This document shows positions 41,254 through 51,008 of a stretch of 64,000 bases of DNA, one piece after another. Made by a program: the position numbers and the translations under genes. The DNA comes from Candidatus Latescibacterota bacterium (lineage in GTDB: Bacteria > Latescibacterota > UBA2968 > UBA8231). The DNA lies in NCBI GenBank assembly GCA_965248355.1, contig OZ252098.1, positions 1,696,001 to 1,760,000 of the forward strand, read 5' to 3'. The notes under the pieces were generated by a model that was not told the DNA's origin, did no database searches, and saw only the letters and a program-made list of their open reading frames with translations. Positions within the stretch are counted from its first letter, which is position 1, and each line of letters starts with the position of its first letter.

Positions 41254-42098
41254 TCGAAGAAGGGGTTGCTCCGCCGCTCCTCGCCCGCGGTGGTCGCCGG
41301 ACCGTGGCCCGGGTACAAGGTGGTCTCCGGGGGCAGCGACAGCAGCCCGGTCTCCACCGCCCGGCGCTGCCGGTCGTAGTCCGACCGCCGCCGGGTGCCG
41401 CCCAGGGACCCGGCGAAGAGGGCATCGCCCACGAAGGCGATCTCGTCGTGGATCAGCGACACGCCGCCGGGGGTGTGCCCCGGCGTGTCCGCCACGGTGA
41501 AGCTCAGCTCTCCGATGCCGATCCGGCTGCCAGGTACCAACCTTCTCTCGACGCGTCCTGCCAGATCCCCGACGAGAGCGAGGTCCCCGGGGCCGATGGC
41601 GGCCGCCGCGCCCGTAGCGTTGAGCACGAGAGGCAGATCGCCCACGTGGTCCCCGTGGCCGTGGGTGAGCCAGACCTGGCCTACCCGCGCCCCCGACTCC
41701 CGGGCCGCCGCCAACAGCCGGTCCCCCTGAAACCCGGGATCGACGATGGCGGCCTCTCCCGTCCGCGGGCAGGTGACGACGTATCCGTTCATCAGGAAGT
41801 CGTCCCCCAGGATCAGCATCCTGACGTCGAGGGCGGACCTCTCCACGCCCCCGGGGTGCGCCGGAAAATAGGCGGCCTCGGCGCTGTGACGGAGCTTCCC
41901 GGCATGCAGGGACAAGGCTCGGGCGAGGCCGTCCACGACTTGCGCGTCGGGGATCCACTCGTAGGCCTCGATACGCTCCAGATCCCCCGCGGCGATCCCC
42001 GCACTCCCCGCCACCTCCTCCACGGTTCGCTGCTGGCCGCGCCGGGCCTTGGCGACGACATCGCCGAACTCGTCCTCCAGATGCGTGTAACCCGCCAT
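41250..42098 (-). CDS. MBL-fold metallo-hydrolase with N-terminal XRE-like HTH
   Basis: THGHGDH, TPGHT, GDALF and PGHG motifs; HTH-like N-terminal ~70 aa. Confidence 0.85.
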   Translation of the reverse strand: MAGYTHLEDEFGDVVAKARRGQQRTVEEVAGSAGIAAGDLERIEAYEWIPDAQVVDGLARALSLHAGKLRHSAEAAYFPAHPGGVERSALDVRMLILGDDFLMNGYVVTCPRTGEAAIVDPGFQGDRLLAAARESGARVGQVWLTHGHGDHVGDLPLVLNATGAAAAIGPGDLALVGDLAGRVERRLVPGSRIGIGELSFTVADTPGHTPGGVSLIHDEIAFVGDALFAGSLGGTRRRSDYDRQRRAVETGLLSLPPETTLYPGHGPATTAGEERRSNPFFD

Positions 42099-42103
42099 GG
42101 CTC

Positions 42104-42736
42104 CTAGTCCCTGATGCTGCGGACAAGGCTCTCGAACCCGTCCTCGTGGTCCGCCACGGTCTGCCGAGGTCCGGTGAACTTGAGGTAGTAGGTGGTGCCC
42201 CCGGCCTCGATGATGGCGCCGAGCATGCGGTACCCCTCGCGCACGGTGGCGCCACTCATCCCCATGCCATCGCGAAAGGTGCCGCTCACGTCGACCATCG
42301 TCGCCCGATGTCCGCCCTCGGTCTCGAGCGCCCAGCGCTTCCCCTGGGAGGGACGGCCGTCGGCCTGACTGAACTGTCCGAACCAGCGTTGCACGTTGGC
42401 ATCCACGGAGCCCATGTTCCCCTTGAAGACGGCCAGGGTCGCCCCTTCGCCGCTCTCGGGGCTCGGGGCGGCGTACTCGGCGATCCGCATCGAGCTGCTC
42501 GGTGACACCCGCTGCCAGCCCTCCGGCACCGTGATCGTCACGCTCCCGCCCAGAGTCTGGACGGGAGCCCCATCCTCCTTGGGAGCAGAGTTGCCGGGCA
42601 GCTCTCCAAGGGGGGTCAGGTTCCTCTCCGCCAGGGCCTCGGCCGCCGGCTTCTCGCTGTAGTGCTGACCGCATGCGGCCGTGAGACAGCCCGCCCACAC
42701 GAACCACCTCGCCAACGGCCTTGATCGCCTGGTCAT
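42104..42736 (-). CDS. Hypothetical lipoprotein
   Basis: Lipobox-like LTAAC; GSVDANVQRWFGQF and YLKFTGP segments. Confidence 0.7.
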   Translation of the reverse strand: MTRRSRPLARWFVWAGCLTAACGQHYSEKPAAEALAERNLTPLGELPGNSAPKEDGAPVQTLGGSVTITVPEGWQRVSPSSSMRIAEYAAPSPESGEGATLAVFKGNMGSVDANVQRWFGQFSQADGRPSQGKRWALETEGGHRATMVDVSGTFRDGMGMSGATVREGYRMLGAIIEAGGTTYYLKFTGPRQTVADHEDGFESLVRSIRD

Positions 42737-42746
42737 GCAGCCTCCG

Positions 42747-43376
42747 TCAGAAGCGCAACAGGATCCCGGCCGACAGCTCGCCGGTGGTGACCCTGCCTTC
42801 CCGCTGTACGAGCCCCGCCGCCGCCTCCCCCGCCACATGCTCGACCACGGCGCCGGTGACGGAGAACACCTGGTACTGGCGGAGATCGAGGCGGGCGTCG
42901 AGGCGATCGTTCAGGGACAGGCGCGCTCCGCCACCGTACGAGAGGGCATGACTGGTCTCGATCTCGGACAGGGAGGCCAACGTCTCGACGTCGGCCTCCC
43001 CCGCGAGCGGGTCCTCGAGCTCTCCCGGCAGGATCGTGATCGCTCCGTATCCGGCGCTGAGGAAGGGCCGGACCCGGCCCGCCGGATAGTTGAGCAGGAA
43101 ACGGCCTTCGTAGAAGATCACCGAGGCCGACTCGCTGGCGTTGAACCGTTCCGTCGACACCTGCCGCTCGGGACGGGAGATCATCAGCGAGGTCTCGCCG
43201 CCGAAGAACCCGCTCGACCGGCCCCAGCGCACACCGAAACCGGGTGCTGCCTCGAGTTTGGTCTCCTCGTCGAAGTCCACGGCGGCGATGAAGCCCCCCA
43301 CGTCCGCCGCCGAAGGCATGGCCGTACAGGCGGACCATATCAGCGCCGCAGCGCAGAGCCGGTGACCACGATCCAC
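42747..43376 (-). CDS. Outer-membrane beta-barrel protein
   Basis: Signal peptide, alternating beta strands (RPFLSAGYG, YGGGARL), C-terminal Phe. Confidence 0.72.
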   Translation of the reverse strand: MDRGHRLCAAALIWSACTAMPSAADVGGFIAAVDFDEETKLEAAPGFGVRWGRSSGFFGGETSLMISRPERQVSTERFNASESASVIFYEGRFLLNYPAGRVRPFLSAGYGAITILPGELEDPLAGEADVETLASLSEIETSHALSYGGGARLSLNDRLDARLDLRQYQVFSVTGAVVEHVAGEAAAGLVQREGRVTTGELSAGILLRF

Positions 43377-43404
43377 GAGTCCCTCCAGGTTCCGCCGGGC
43401 GCCC

Positions 43405-44127
43405 TCAGAGAGCGGGGCTCTCCAGGAAGACCGTCGCCCCCAGGTCGGCCCAGTGCTGGCGGGTGTCCGGTGTGCCGTTGCGGTAGCACAGGGCCGTCTG
43501 CGAACCCTCCAGGCTGCGCGCCACGGCCTCTACGCAGTCCTCCAGGCGGCGGTACGGGGGGTTGGGATGGGCCTCGATGTCGAAGGTCAAATCGGTGGGC
43601 CCGAAGGAGAAGCAGTCGACCCCGGGCAGGGCGAAGGTGGGGGCGTGGAGGACGGCATTCAGGGACTCGATCTGGAGCCACAGGACCCCGTTTTCGTTCC
43701 ACCAGTCCGCGTAGTCGCGGCTGTCGGGGAACTCCTGCACCCGGCGGCGCTCCCTGCCCCCCACGCTGCGCCGGCCCAGGGGCGGGTAGTACACGTTCTC
43801 CGCAGCCTCGCGCGCCGTCTCCAGACTCTCGAGCTGGGGCACCTCGACGCCGGCGGGCCCGAGGTCGAGAAGGTTGCCGATCAGGCAGGCGTGGCTCGTG
43901 TGCTTGATGCGCAGGCGCACGGGCAGATTCACCTTGTCGGCGAGGTTGCAGAAGTCGACGAGGGCGGGCTCGCTGAAGGCGGAGTGCTGAGCGTCCGTGG
44001 ACAGGAAGTCGTACGGACCGTTTTCCTCCTGGGCCCGCTCGAGCTGCTCGCGCGTGACCGTCACCGGCGCGCCGAACCCGATGGTCCGCTCCCCGGAGCG
44101 GATTTTCTGCTTCAGACCCTGTGCCAT
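43405..44127 (-). CDS. HpcH/HpaI aldolase family protein
   Basis: DAQH, VRLR, LQIES and FGPTDL motifs. Confidence 0.85.
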   Translation of the reverse strand: MAQGLKQKIRSGERTIGFGAPVTVTREQLERAQEENGPYDFLSTDAQHSAFSEPALVDFCNLADKVNLPVRLRIKHTSHACLIGNLLDLGPAGVEVPQLESLETAREAAENVYYPPLGRRSVGGRERRRVQEFPDSRDYADWWNENGVLWLQIESLNAVLHAPTFALPGVDCFSFGPTDLTFDIEAHPNPPYRRLEDCVEAVARSLEGSQTALCYRNGTPDTRQHWADLGATVFLESPAL

Positions 44128-44287
44128 CTCCTTGCCTCGCTTCCTCTTCGCGGTGGGCCCGCGCCTCGTCGGGGTGGCACCCTTCACCGGTTACGATCCG
44201 TGCTGTTCAGTGCGGCGGGACCCGGTCGGCCTCCCGGCCGGACGCTCCCGGCTTCCGCGGGGTCGGGCGCGCTCCAAGGTAAGCAAA

Positions 44288-44433
44288 GGGCCCTCTCCCT
44301 GCAGCGGGCTACGGCTCATGGGATTGGGCCTGTGCCTCTGGGCCGTGGCGAGGGTCCGGGGCTCCGCCCCGTGGTCTCCACCGTGCGGAACCTGCGCTTG
44401 CTGCCTACCTCGGCGATGCCAGGGTTCGGGCCC
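44288..44433 (+). ncRNA. Candidate structured non-coding RNA (family unidentified)
   Basis: Nested long-range complementarity found by eye in a 319-bp intergenic gap; see findings. Confidence 0.3.
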
Positions 44434-44446
44434 GCGGCGGAGGAGG

Positions 44447-45259
44447 TCAGCCGAGGAGGGGGAACAAGGGCGCCACGGCGCCGAACATGCCGGGAAACCG
44501 GAACAAGCCCTCCTCCGCGCCGGCGATCCGCTCCAGGACGTCGGGAGTCAGAAGACCCCGCGCCCGATCGAACAGGACCGGGTCCGGCCCCGCCTCGTAG
44601 CTGCCGGATGCCAGGGCGGCCCGGCGCGCGGTCCGGACTTGCGGGTCTCCCTCGATGGAGGCCGCCATGCCGGTGAAGAAGGCTTCCAGGGAGGATCCCC
44701 CACCGCTCCGCCAGAGCTCGCCGAAGGCGTCGGTGGTCTGGCGCAGCCGCTCGACCGCTCCGTCGGGAGGCGGCTCTCCCGAGGCCGTCAGCGGCGCCGC
44801 ATGTCCGTGAAGAGGGGTGCGATCCTCGGTCTGGAAGGCCACCAGGACCCGGTGTCCGGATCGCGGGATTGCGCGGAAGCGCACGACGGAGCCCGGGGCA
44901 ACGAGCACCGTGCGGCCCTCCTCCACCGGTCGGGAGGTGCCTCCCCGCGGGGTCAGCACATCGACGAAGGCCCGGGTCACGTGGTACAGACGGACGTGCT
45001 CGAGCGGACGGCCATCGATGCCGCAGCGCCCGAAGGGGACCGAGAGCCCCACCTCCTGCCGGGCCTCCCCGGTGGGTCCGGAGACCCCGCCGTCCAGGTG
45101 GCAGCGCAGCTCCCCGGCCAGGGCTCGCGCCTCCTCGGCCGGATCGACGGAGAGCGGATCACAGGCGGCGGAGACATCGCCGCCGCGCAGACGGGCCCGG
45201 TACAGAATGCCGTATCCGAAGAGCCGGGCGCCGAGGGGACCGGCCTTGGCCCGGGTCAC
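44447..45259 (-). CDS. Hypothetical protein, possibly a degenerate cupin
   Basis: GTGA overlap with the aminotransferase stop; VLVAPGSVVRF resembles cupin motif 2 without His. Confidence 0.6.
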   Translation of the reverse strand: MTRAKAGPLGARLFGYGILYRARLRGGDVSAACDPLSVDPAEEARALAGELRCHLDGGVSGPTGEARQEVGLSVPFGRCGIDGRPLEHVRLYHVTRAFVDVLTPRGGTSRPVEEGRTVLVAPGSVVRFRAIPRSGHRVLVAFQTEDRTPLHGHAAPLTASGEPPPDGAVERLRQTTDAFGELWRSGGGSSLEAFFTGMAASIEGDPQVRTARRAALASGSYEAGPDPVLFDRARGLLTPDVLERIAGAEEGLFRFPGMFGAVAPLFPLLG

Positions 45260-46542
45260 GCCAGCTGGTCCGCGTTCTCGGCGACCTTGCGGAAGGCGTC
45301 GGCGAACTGATCGATGACCCCGGGTCGGTGGTGCTTGAACCAGGGGATCGAGTAGCAGCGGCCCGGGAGACTCTCGGTGACCGGCAGGCTGCCTTCCGGC
45401 TGACGCAGGTCCCGGTCGGAAAAGGCGATGCGCGTCGGCTTACCGTCGCCGTAGACGTCGGCGTCGTTGAGCACCGGATGCAGGTGCATCAGGGCGTTGG
45501 CGCTTGGTGAGACGCGGAAGCCGCCGCCCTCGATCTCGGCGCTAACGGCCTGGCAGAAGCGAGCCACCGGAAGGCCTCCCAGCTCCTCGGGCCGGTACAG
45601 GCCCCTCGCCGCGTACCACCCACCCATGGTGCTGCCGGAGTCGGCGGCCGGCCGGTGGGCCCGGACCCCCGGCGTTCCCTCGAGGCGGTCCCAGAAGTAG
45701 TTCATGGCCGTCTGGATGATCTCGATGCGCTCCCGGTAGTGCCGGAGCTGGACGCGGCCCACAGCGGAGGACAGCTGGTGCATCCGGTACTTGTACCCGC
45801 CGAGGGGGAACCCGGCCAACGGCTTCAGCTCGGGGTGCCGCAGGCCCGACATGCGCTCGTAGTGGCCGAAGGCGGCGGCCCTCTCGTAGATCTCGTCGTC
45901 GCCGGTGACCACGAATCCCCCCTCCCCGCAGGCCAGGGACTTGCCGGACATGATCGACATGGCTCCCACGTCGCCGATCGTTCCGAGGAGCCGCCCCTTG
46001 TAGAGGCCTCCCTGGGCATGGGACACATCCTCCACGACCCGGAGGCCGTGCTTTGCGGCGATCTCCATGATGGGGTCCATGTCGGCGGGATACCCGCAGT
46101 AGTGAACGGGTATGATCGCCTTGGTCCGCTCCGTGATGCGGTGCTCGATGTCGCCCGGATCGAGAGTCAGGGTCTCCGGATCCATCTCGGCAAAGACCAC
46201 GGTGGCGCCGAGGGAGAACACCTGCAGGCTCGACCCCCAGTAGGTCATGCTCTGGCTGATGACCTCGTCGCCCCGGCCCACCCCCACGGCCCAGAGCGCC
46301 GCGTGGATGGCCGACGTTCCCGTGTTGTGACAAAGGACGTGCTCCGTGTCGAACCAGGCGCTCAGATCCCGCTCGAAGAGGTGGGTCACATCGGTGCCGG
46401 ACATCGCCCCCCGCCGCAGCACTTCCAGAACCGCCCCTTCGTCCTCCTCGGTCACGATGGGCCACCTGAAGAGGTCCCCCACGTCCGCCGTGAGCGCCTT
46501 CGGGCCTCCGCGAACCGCCAGCTTCACCGCCGTTGCCGTCAT
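45256..46542 (-). CDS. DegT/DnrJ/EryC1/StrS aminotransferase
   Basis: NTGTSAI, VEDVSHA and SIMSGKSLACGEGG (PLP Lys) motifs. Confidence 0.9.
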   Translation of the reverse strand: MTATAVKLAVRGGPKALTADVGDLFRWPIVTEEDEGAVLEVLRRGAMSGTDVTHLFERDLSAWFDTEHVLCHNTGTSAIHAALWAVGVGRGDEVISQSMTYWGSSLQVFSLGATVVFAEMDPETLTLDPGDIEHRITERTKAIIPVHYCGYPADMDPIMEIAAKHGLRVVEDVSHAQGGLYKGRLLGTIGDVGAMSIMSGKSLACGEGGFVVTGDDEIYERAAAFGHYERMSGLRHPELKPLAGFPLGGYKYRMHQLSSAVGRVQLRHYRERIEIIQTAMNYFWDRLEGTPGVRAHRPAADSGSTMGGWYAARGLYRPEELGGLPVARFCQAVSAEIEGGGFRVSPSANALMHLHPVLNDADVYGDGKPTRIAFSDRDLRQPEGSLPVTESLPGRCYSIPWFKHHRPGVIDQFADAFRKVAENADQLA

Positions 46543-46618
46543 CAACTCTCCTTCTCCATGATCCTACCGATTGGCACGGTTCGCACCGGCCAGGGCGCCG
46601 ACGGCCGCGCGGCTTTCC

Positions 46619-47590
46619 TCAATCCCCGCTCAGCCGAACCAGCTGGGATACCGAGGGCATCTGGTCGTATTCCCAGACGCGCTGGATGACGCCGTCCTCC
46701 ACGTACGCCAGGCGTGGCCAGCCGTGGCGCCAGGTGAGCCGCATCCAGTCGGAGCTGGAGATGGAGGCGATCTCGTAGCGGGGGCCCGTCTGGCGGACGA
46801 AGTCCTTCAGGGACTCGTCGTCGGGGGGATACTCGTTCAGGGCCACGATCCTCGGCACGCCGGGGGTGCCGGCCCAGTGGTTGAGCTTGGGCACGGTGCT
46901 CTTGCACCGGCCGCAACGGGGGCTGAACAGCTCCACCAGGTAGCGTCCCTCGCTCAACTCGATCCCGTCGGCGCCGGTCAGCTCGATCCCGGTGAGACGC
47001 ACGCCGGGTTTGAGGTCGGAGCTGGCCACCCGGTCGGACTGCGGGGCGAAGCCGACGACCAGCACGGCCGCGGTTACGGTCCCCGCCCCGAACACCAGGG
47101 ATGAGGCGCCCTTCCACCTGGTGGCCACCCAGCGCGCCGTCCCCCATCGCCAGGCCGTCAGCAGCAGGCCCAGCATGACGGCGTCCTCGACGAAGGCCTC
47201 ACCCGGAGTGCGCTTGGCGAGGGTTCCGAAACAGCCGCAGTCGATGTCGGCCTGCCGGTACCAGGCCAGGCCGGTGATCGCCAGGAACAGCAGCATCAGC
47301 CCGGTGGCCGCCGGCAGGCAGAAACGAGGGCGCCAGCCGATGAGCAGGGCCACCCCGAGGAAAACCTCGAGAGGCGCCAGGACCAGGGTGATCCGCCCGA
47401 TCCGGGGCCACGCCTCCCGGCTGACATCGACGAGCTCGAGATAGGAGATCGCCTCCCAGTAGAACACGACGGGCTCGAGGGACTTGGCGGCCCCGGCCAC
47501 CACGAAGAGGAGGCCCATCAGGATCCGGGCGCTGGCGGCCACCGCCGGCAGCAGCGGGTGGGAGGTACTGGTCGGTTGGCTCTGGGTCAT
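46619..47590 (-). CDS. MauE/DoxX membrane protein fused to a thioredoxin-like domain
   Basis: TM helices with DCGCFG; C-terminal FSPRCGRC and WPRL. Confidence 0.78.
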   Translation of the reverse strand: MTQSQPTSTSHPLLPAVAASARILMGLLFVVAGAAKSLEPVVFYWEAISYLELVDVSREAWPRIGRITLVLAPLEVFLGVALLIGWRPRFCLPAATGLMLLFLAITGLAWYRQADIDCGCFGTLAKRTPGEAFVEDAVMLGLLLTAWRWGTARWVATRWKGASSLVFGAGTVTAAVLVVGFAPQSDRVASSDLKPGVRLTGIELTGADGIELSEGRYLVELFSPRCGRCKSTVPKLNHWAGTPGVPRIVALNEYPPDDESLKDFVRQTGPRYEIASISSSDWMRLTWRHGWPRLAYVEDGVIQRVWEYDQMPSVSQLVRLSGD

Positions 47591-50500
47591 GCCGAATGAT
47601 GCCTTTCCACCGGCCGCTCAAGGGCCGTCTCGGTTCGCACCCTGTCCACGACCCGATCGAACAACCGGCGAGTCCGGGCCATCAGTGCGGATACCTCCGC
47701 GGTCAACTCGCCGGCGTCGCCCGCGCCCACGGCGCGGGCCAGGATCGCAGCCGCCACGGGGTCGACCGGCAGGACGTGGCTGGAATGCCCCTCGCCGAGC
47801 CGCAATGCTTCCTGCAGCTGCCGCAGCCGCTCGTAGGCGAGCAGCAGCCCGCGGCCCCCGCGCCGATCGAGCACTCCAGCCTGGATCATCCGCTCGAGAA
47901 CGACGCGGGTGCTGGTATCTCTCAGGTCGCGCCGACGGCCGCCGTGGTGGACCAGGAGAATCTGGGCAATAAACTCCGCATCCACAATGCCGCCGGGTCC
48001 CCGCTTTATATCTAGGCCGGCCTCCCTGCCGCGGACCGGCGCGGGCTCCATTCGCCGCCGCATGTCGACGATCTCGTCGACCATCCGCGGCGTCAGGGGG
48101 GAACCGTAGACGAAGGCGTCGATGGCCCGGCGGACGCGCCGCCCAAGGGCCCGGTCTCCGGCGACCTGCCGGACCCGGGAGAGGGCCAGACGCTCCCAGG
48201 TGGAGGCCCGCGTGCGCAGGTAGGAGCGGTAGGCGGAGAGGTTGATCACCACCGGCGCCCTGGAGCCCTCGGGCCGCAGGCGGGCATCGACCTCGAACAG
48301 GCCGTCTCCGAGGGCCTGCATGACCTGCCGGACGACGGCGTCGAAGAACTCGCCGTTGACGACTCCGCGCCCCGTTCGCCCCTCCCCCTCGTAGAGGAAG
48401 AACAGGTCGAGATCCGAGGCGAAGTCCAGCTCCCGGCCTCCCGCCTTGCCGCCGGCGAAGCAGGCGAAGCGGGCGTCCCGGTCCAGCCGCCGTCCGGTCC
48501 GCGGCCGGCCGCGCCGGCGGGCGGTCTCTGCGAGGGTGTTGTCGACCACGGCGGAGACGACCTCGTCCGCCAGGTCGCTGATCCGGAGAAAGGTCTCCTC
48601 GCTGGACGTGAGTCCGAGCAGGTCGTCGGCGCCGATGCGCAACAGGACGTTGTTGCGAAACCGGCGAAGCCGGACCGGATCTGCCCTCGCCGCCCGGTCG
48701 AGACCGGGCATCTCGCCGGAGAAGTCGATCCCCACCAGCTCGTCCAGAAGCCCCGGCTCGCCCCGCAGGAGCCCCGCCAGGAGGGCGCTCCGGCCGCAGA
48801 TTGTGACCAGCATGGAGAGGAACGGCGGGTGGGCGAGGGCCATTCCGCAGAAGGCGCCGGCCGCTCCGTAGGCGTCGATGATCCCGACGAACCGAACGAG
48901 AGCCCCGTCCGGGTCGGGGGTGGCCGCCAGCTGGGGCAGGAGCTGGCCGAGCAGGTCCTGCAGATTCTCGCGCCCCGACGAGGTCAGCATCGGGTTGGCG
49001 CCGAGCTGCCGCAGGAGCCGGTGGGCGACCTCGGGCCGGCGGAATCCGGACCCTTCCAGGGCCTGCGCGACGCCCTCCGATCCGGCCTGCGCATCCAGCA
49101 GCCACCGGGGGTCTCCGGCTCCGTCCTGGACGGCCGGTCGAGCGCTGCCGAAGACGGATTCGTAGACGACTCGCACCGCGGACAGGTGGGAGGAGACCGT
49201 CGCGGACAAGGACCGCCCCCCGAGCTGCAGGCAATCGCTCAGGGCCCCGGCCTGCTCCGATCCGTCCTCGGGAACGGCGTAGGTCGGCCGGCCGGAGTCG
49301 ATCTGCAGCAGGTTCTCGAGCCGCCTGAGGAAGCGGTACGCCTCCCCCAGGGCCCGGGCCTCCCCCGCGGAGAGGGCGCCCGCCTGCCGCAGCCGGTCGA
49401 TGGACGGCAGCGTCCCGGCGGCCCGGGTCCGCTCCGTCCTGCGGCCGTGGAGAAGCTGCAGGCACTGCACGACGAACTCGATGTCGCGAATCCCCCCGGG
49501 CTGCAGCTTGATGTTGTTCCCGCCTTCCGGCCGTTGGCGGGACTCGGCCTCGATGCGCTCCTTGACCCGCCGGATCTCCTCGCTCGGGGAGACCGTGAAA
49601 TGGGCCGGGTATACGAAAGGAACCAGCATGTCGCGGAAACGCCGCCAGAGTCCCGAGGAGCCGGCCGCGTGCCTCGCCTTGATCAGCATCTGCCGCTCCC
49701 ACAATTCGCCACGGCTCTCGTAGTAGATCCAATAGCTGCGCAGGGAGCGGGTCAGGGGACCGAGCTCGCCCTCGGGCCTCAGCCGCATGTCGACCCGGTA
49801 GAGAAAACCCTCGGGGGTCGCCTCGGTCAGCACCTGGATCAACCCCTCGGCCAGTCGGTCGAAGAACAGACCGTTTCCCATGCCCCGGGCACCCCTCGAA
49901 TCCACCACACCATCCTCATCGTACAGGAACAGCAGGTCGATGTCGGAGCTGAAGTTGAGTTCCCGGCCTCCGTACTTGCCCAGGCCGACGACACAGAACC
50001 GGGCCGGTCGGCCGCGCCCGGTCGACGGACGGCCGTGGGTTCGATGCATGGACTCCGTGAGGCGCTCGAGGACGGCCGCCACGGTGACGTCGGCGAGCTC
50101 GGAGAGCTCCCGCCCCACCTGGGCGACCTCCTTGCAGCCCAGGATCTGGGAGGTGCCGATGCGCAATAACTCGCGGCGCTGGAATCGACGCAGGGCGTTC
50201 GTCCAGCCGGACTCCTCGACGGCGCCGAGGGCCTCCCGCTGCCGGGCCTCCAGCTCGCCCGGCGGCAGCGGCCGGGTCAGATGGGGCGTCTCCTCGAACA
50301 GCCAGCGGAGATGCCCGGGGCTGCTCACCAGGAGATCGGTGAGAAAGGAGCTGTGCGCGAGGATGCGGGCCAGCCCCTCGCGCAGTGGCGCGAACTCGAG
50401 AAGGCGCCGGTATAGTTCGGTCCGGCCGCCGGTGACCTCGAGGAAACGCTCGAGGTGGTGCAGGGCCCGGTCGGGCCACCCGGAGGTCAGCACCGACGCC

Positions 50501-50667
50501 ACCAGTTCGGCCGGCACCGGCGACCGAACTGCCGCCGGACCGGAGAGGCGGGTGAGGGCCCGCACGGCCGCCGGAGGATCGCGGAATCCCGCCTCGCCGA
50601 GCATCGCCGCAGCGGCCGCCGGCTCGGCTCGGAGGATGGCAAGCGCCAGGCCGCGGGGGTCGCGCAC
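47587..50667 (-). CDS. glnE: Glutamine synthetase adenylyltransferase/adenylyl-removing enzyme
   Basis: Two nucleotidyltransferase motifs (GKYGGRELNFSSDIDL, GKAGGRELDFASDLDL), each with RLRP.G. Confidence 0.92.
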   Translation of the reverse strand: MRDPRGLALAILRAEPAAAAAMLGEAGFRDPPAAVRALTRLSGPAAVRSPVPAELVASVLTSGWPDRALHHLERFLEVTGGRTELYRRLLEFAPLREGLARILAHSSFLTDLLVSSPGHLRWLFEETPHLTRPLPPGELEARQREALGAVEESGWTNALRRFQRRELLRIGTSQILGCKEVAQVGRELSELADVTVAAVLERLTESMHRTHGRPSTGRGRPARFCVVGLGKYGGRELNFSSDIDLLFLYDEDGVVDSRGARGMGNGLFFDRLAEGLIQVLTEATPEGFLYRVDMRLRPEGELGPLTRSLRSYWIYYESRGELWERQMLIKARHAAGSSGLWRRFRDMLVPFVYPAHFTVSPSEEIRRVKERIEAESRQRPEGGNNIKLQPGGIRDIEFVVQCLQLLHGRRTERTRAAGTLPSIDRLRQAGALSAGEARALGEAYRFLRRLENLLQIDSGRPTYAVPEDGSEQAGALSDCLQLGGRSLSATVSSHLSAVRVVYESVFGSARPAVQDGAGDPRWLLDAQAGSEGVAQALEGSGFRRPEVAHRLLRQLGANPMLTSSGRENLQDLLGQLLPQLAATPDPDGALVRFVGIIDAYGAAGAFCGMALAHPPFLSMLVTICGRSALLAGLLRGEPGLLDELVGIDFSGEMPGLDRAARADPVRLRRFRNNVLLRIGADDLLGLTSSEETFLRISDLADEVVSAVVDNTLAETARRRGRPRTGRRLDRDARFACFAGGKAGGRELDFASDLDLFFLYEGEGRTGRGVVNGEFFDAVVRQVMQALGDGLFEVDARLRPEGSRAPVVINLSAYRSYLRTRASTWERLALSRVRQVAGDRALGRRVRRAIDAFVYGSPLTPRMVDEIVDMRRRMEPAPVRGREAGLDIKRGPGGIVDAEFIAQILLVHHGGRRRDLRDTSTRVVLERMIQAGVLDRRGGRGLLLAYERLRQLQEALRLGEGHSSHVLPVDPVAAAILARAVGAGDAGELTAEVSALMARTRRLFDRVVDRVRTETALERPVERHHSA

Positions 50668-50669
50668 GG

Positions 50670-51008
50670 CTACACCGCGTTCTCGCCCGACTCCCCCGTG
50701 CGGATGCGGATCACCTCCTGGAGATCGGATATCACGATCTTGCCGTCACCCACCTGTCCGGTCCGCGCCCCTTCGAGGATGGCCTCCACGGCCTCTTCGA
50801 GGTTCCCCGCCGAGAGGATGACCTCGATCTTGATCTTGGGCATGAAATCGACCTTGTACTCGGCGCCGCGATAGACCTCGCTGTGCCCCCTCTGCCGGCC
50901 GAATCCCCGCACCTCGCTCACCGACATCCCCTGCACGCCGACCTGGGCCAGGGCCACCTTCACATCGTCCAGCTTGAAGGGTTTGATATATGCCTCGATC
51001 TTCTTCAC
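50670..51008 (-). CDS. glnB: Nitrogen regulatory protein P-II
   Basis: 112 aa; GFGRQRG...YRGAEY and TGQVGDGKI motifs. Confidence 0.95.
   Translation of the reverse strand: MKKIEAYIKPFKLDDVKVALAQVGVQGMSVSEVRGFGRQRGHSEVYRGAEYKVDFMPKIKIEVILSAGNLEEAVEAILEGARTGQVGDGKIVISDLQEVIRIRTGESGENAV

Noticed and set aside
44380..44433. SRP RNA or ZTP riboswitch on the minus strand
   Set aside because: Only partial resemblance (AGGCAGC; GGTGGAGACCACGGGG). The core TCAGG-GNRA-AGCA and GACTGGCG elements are absent.
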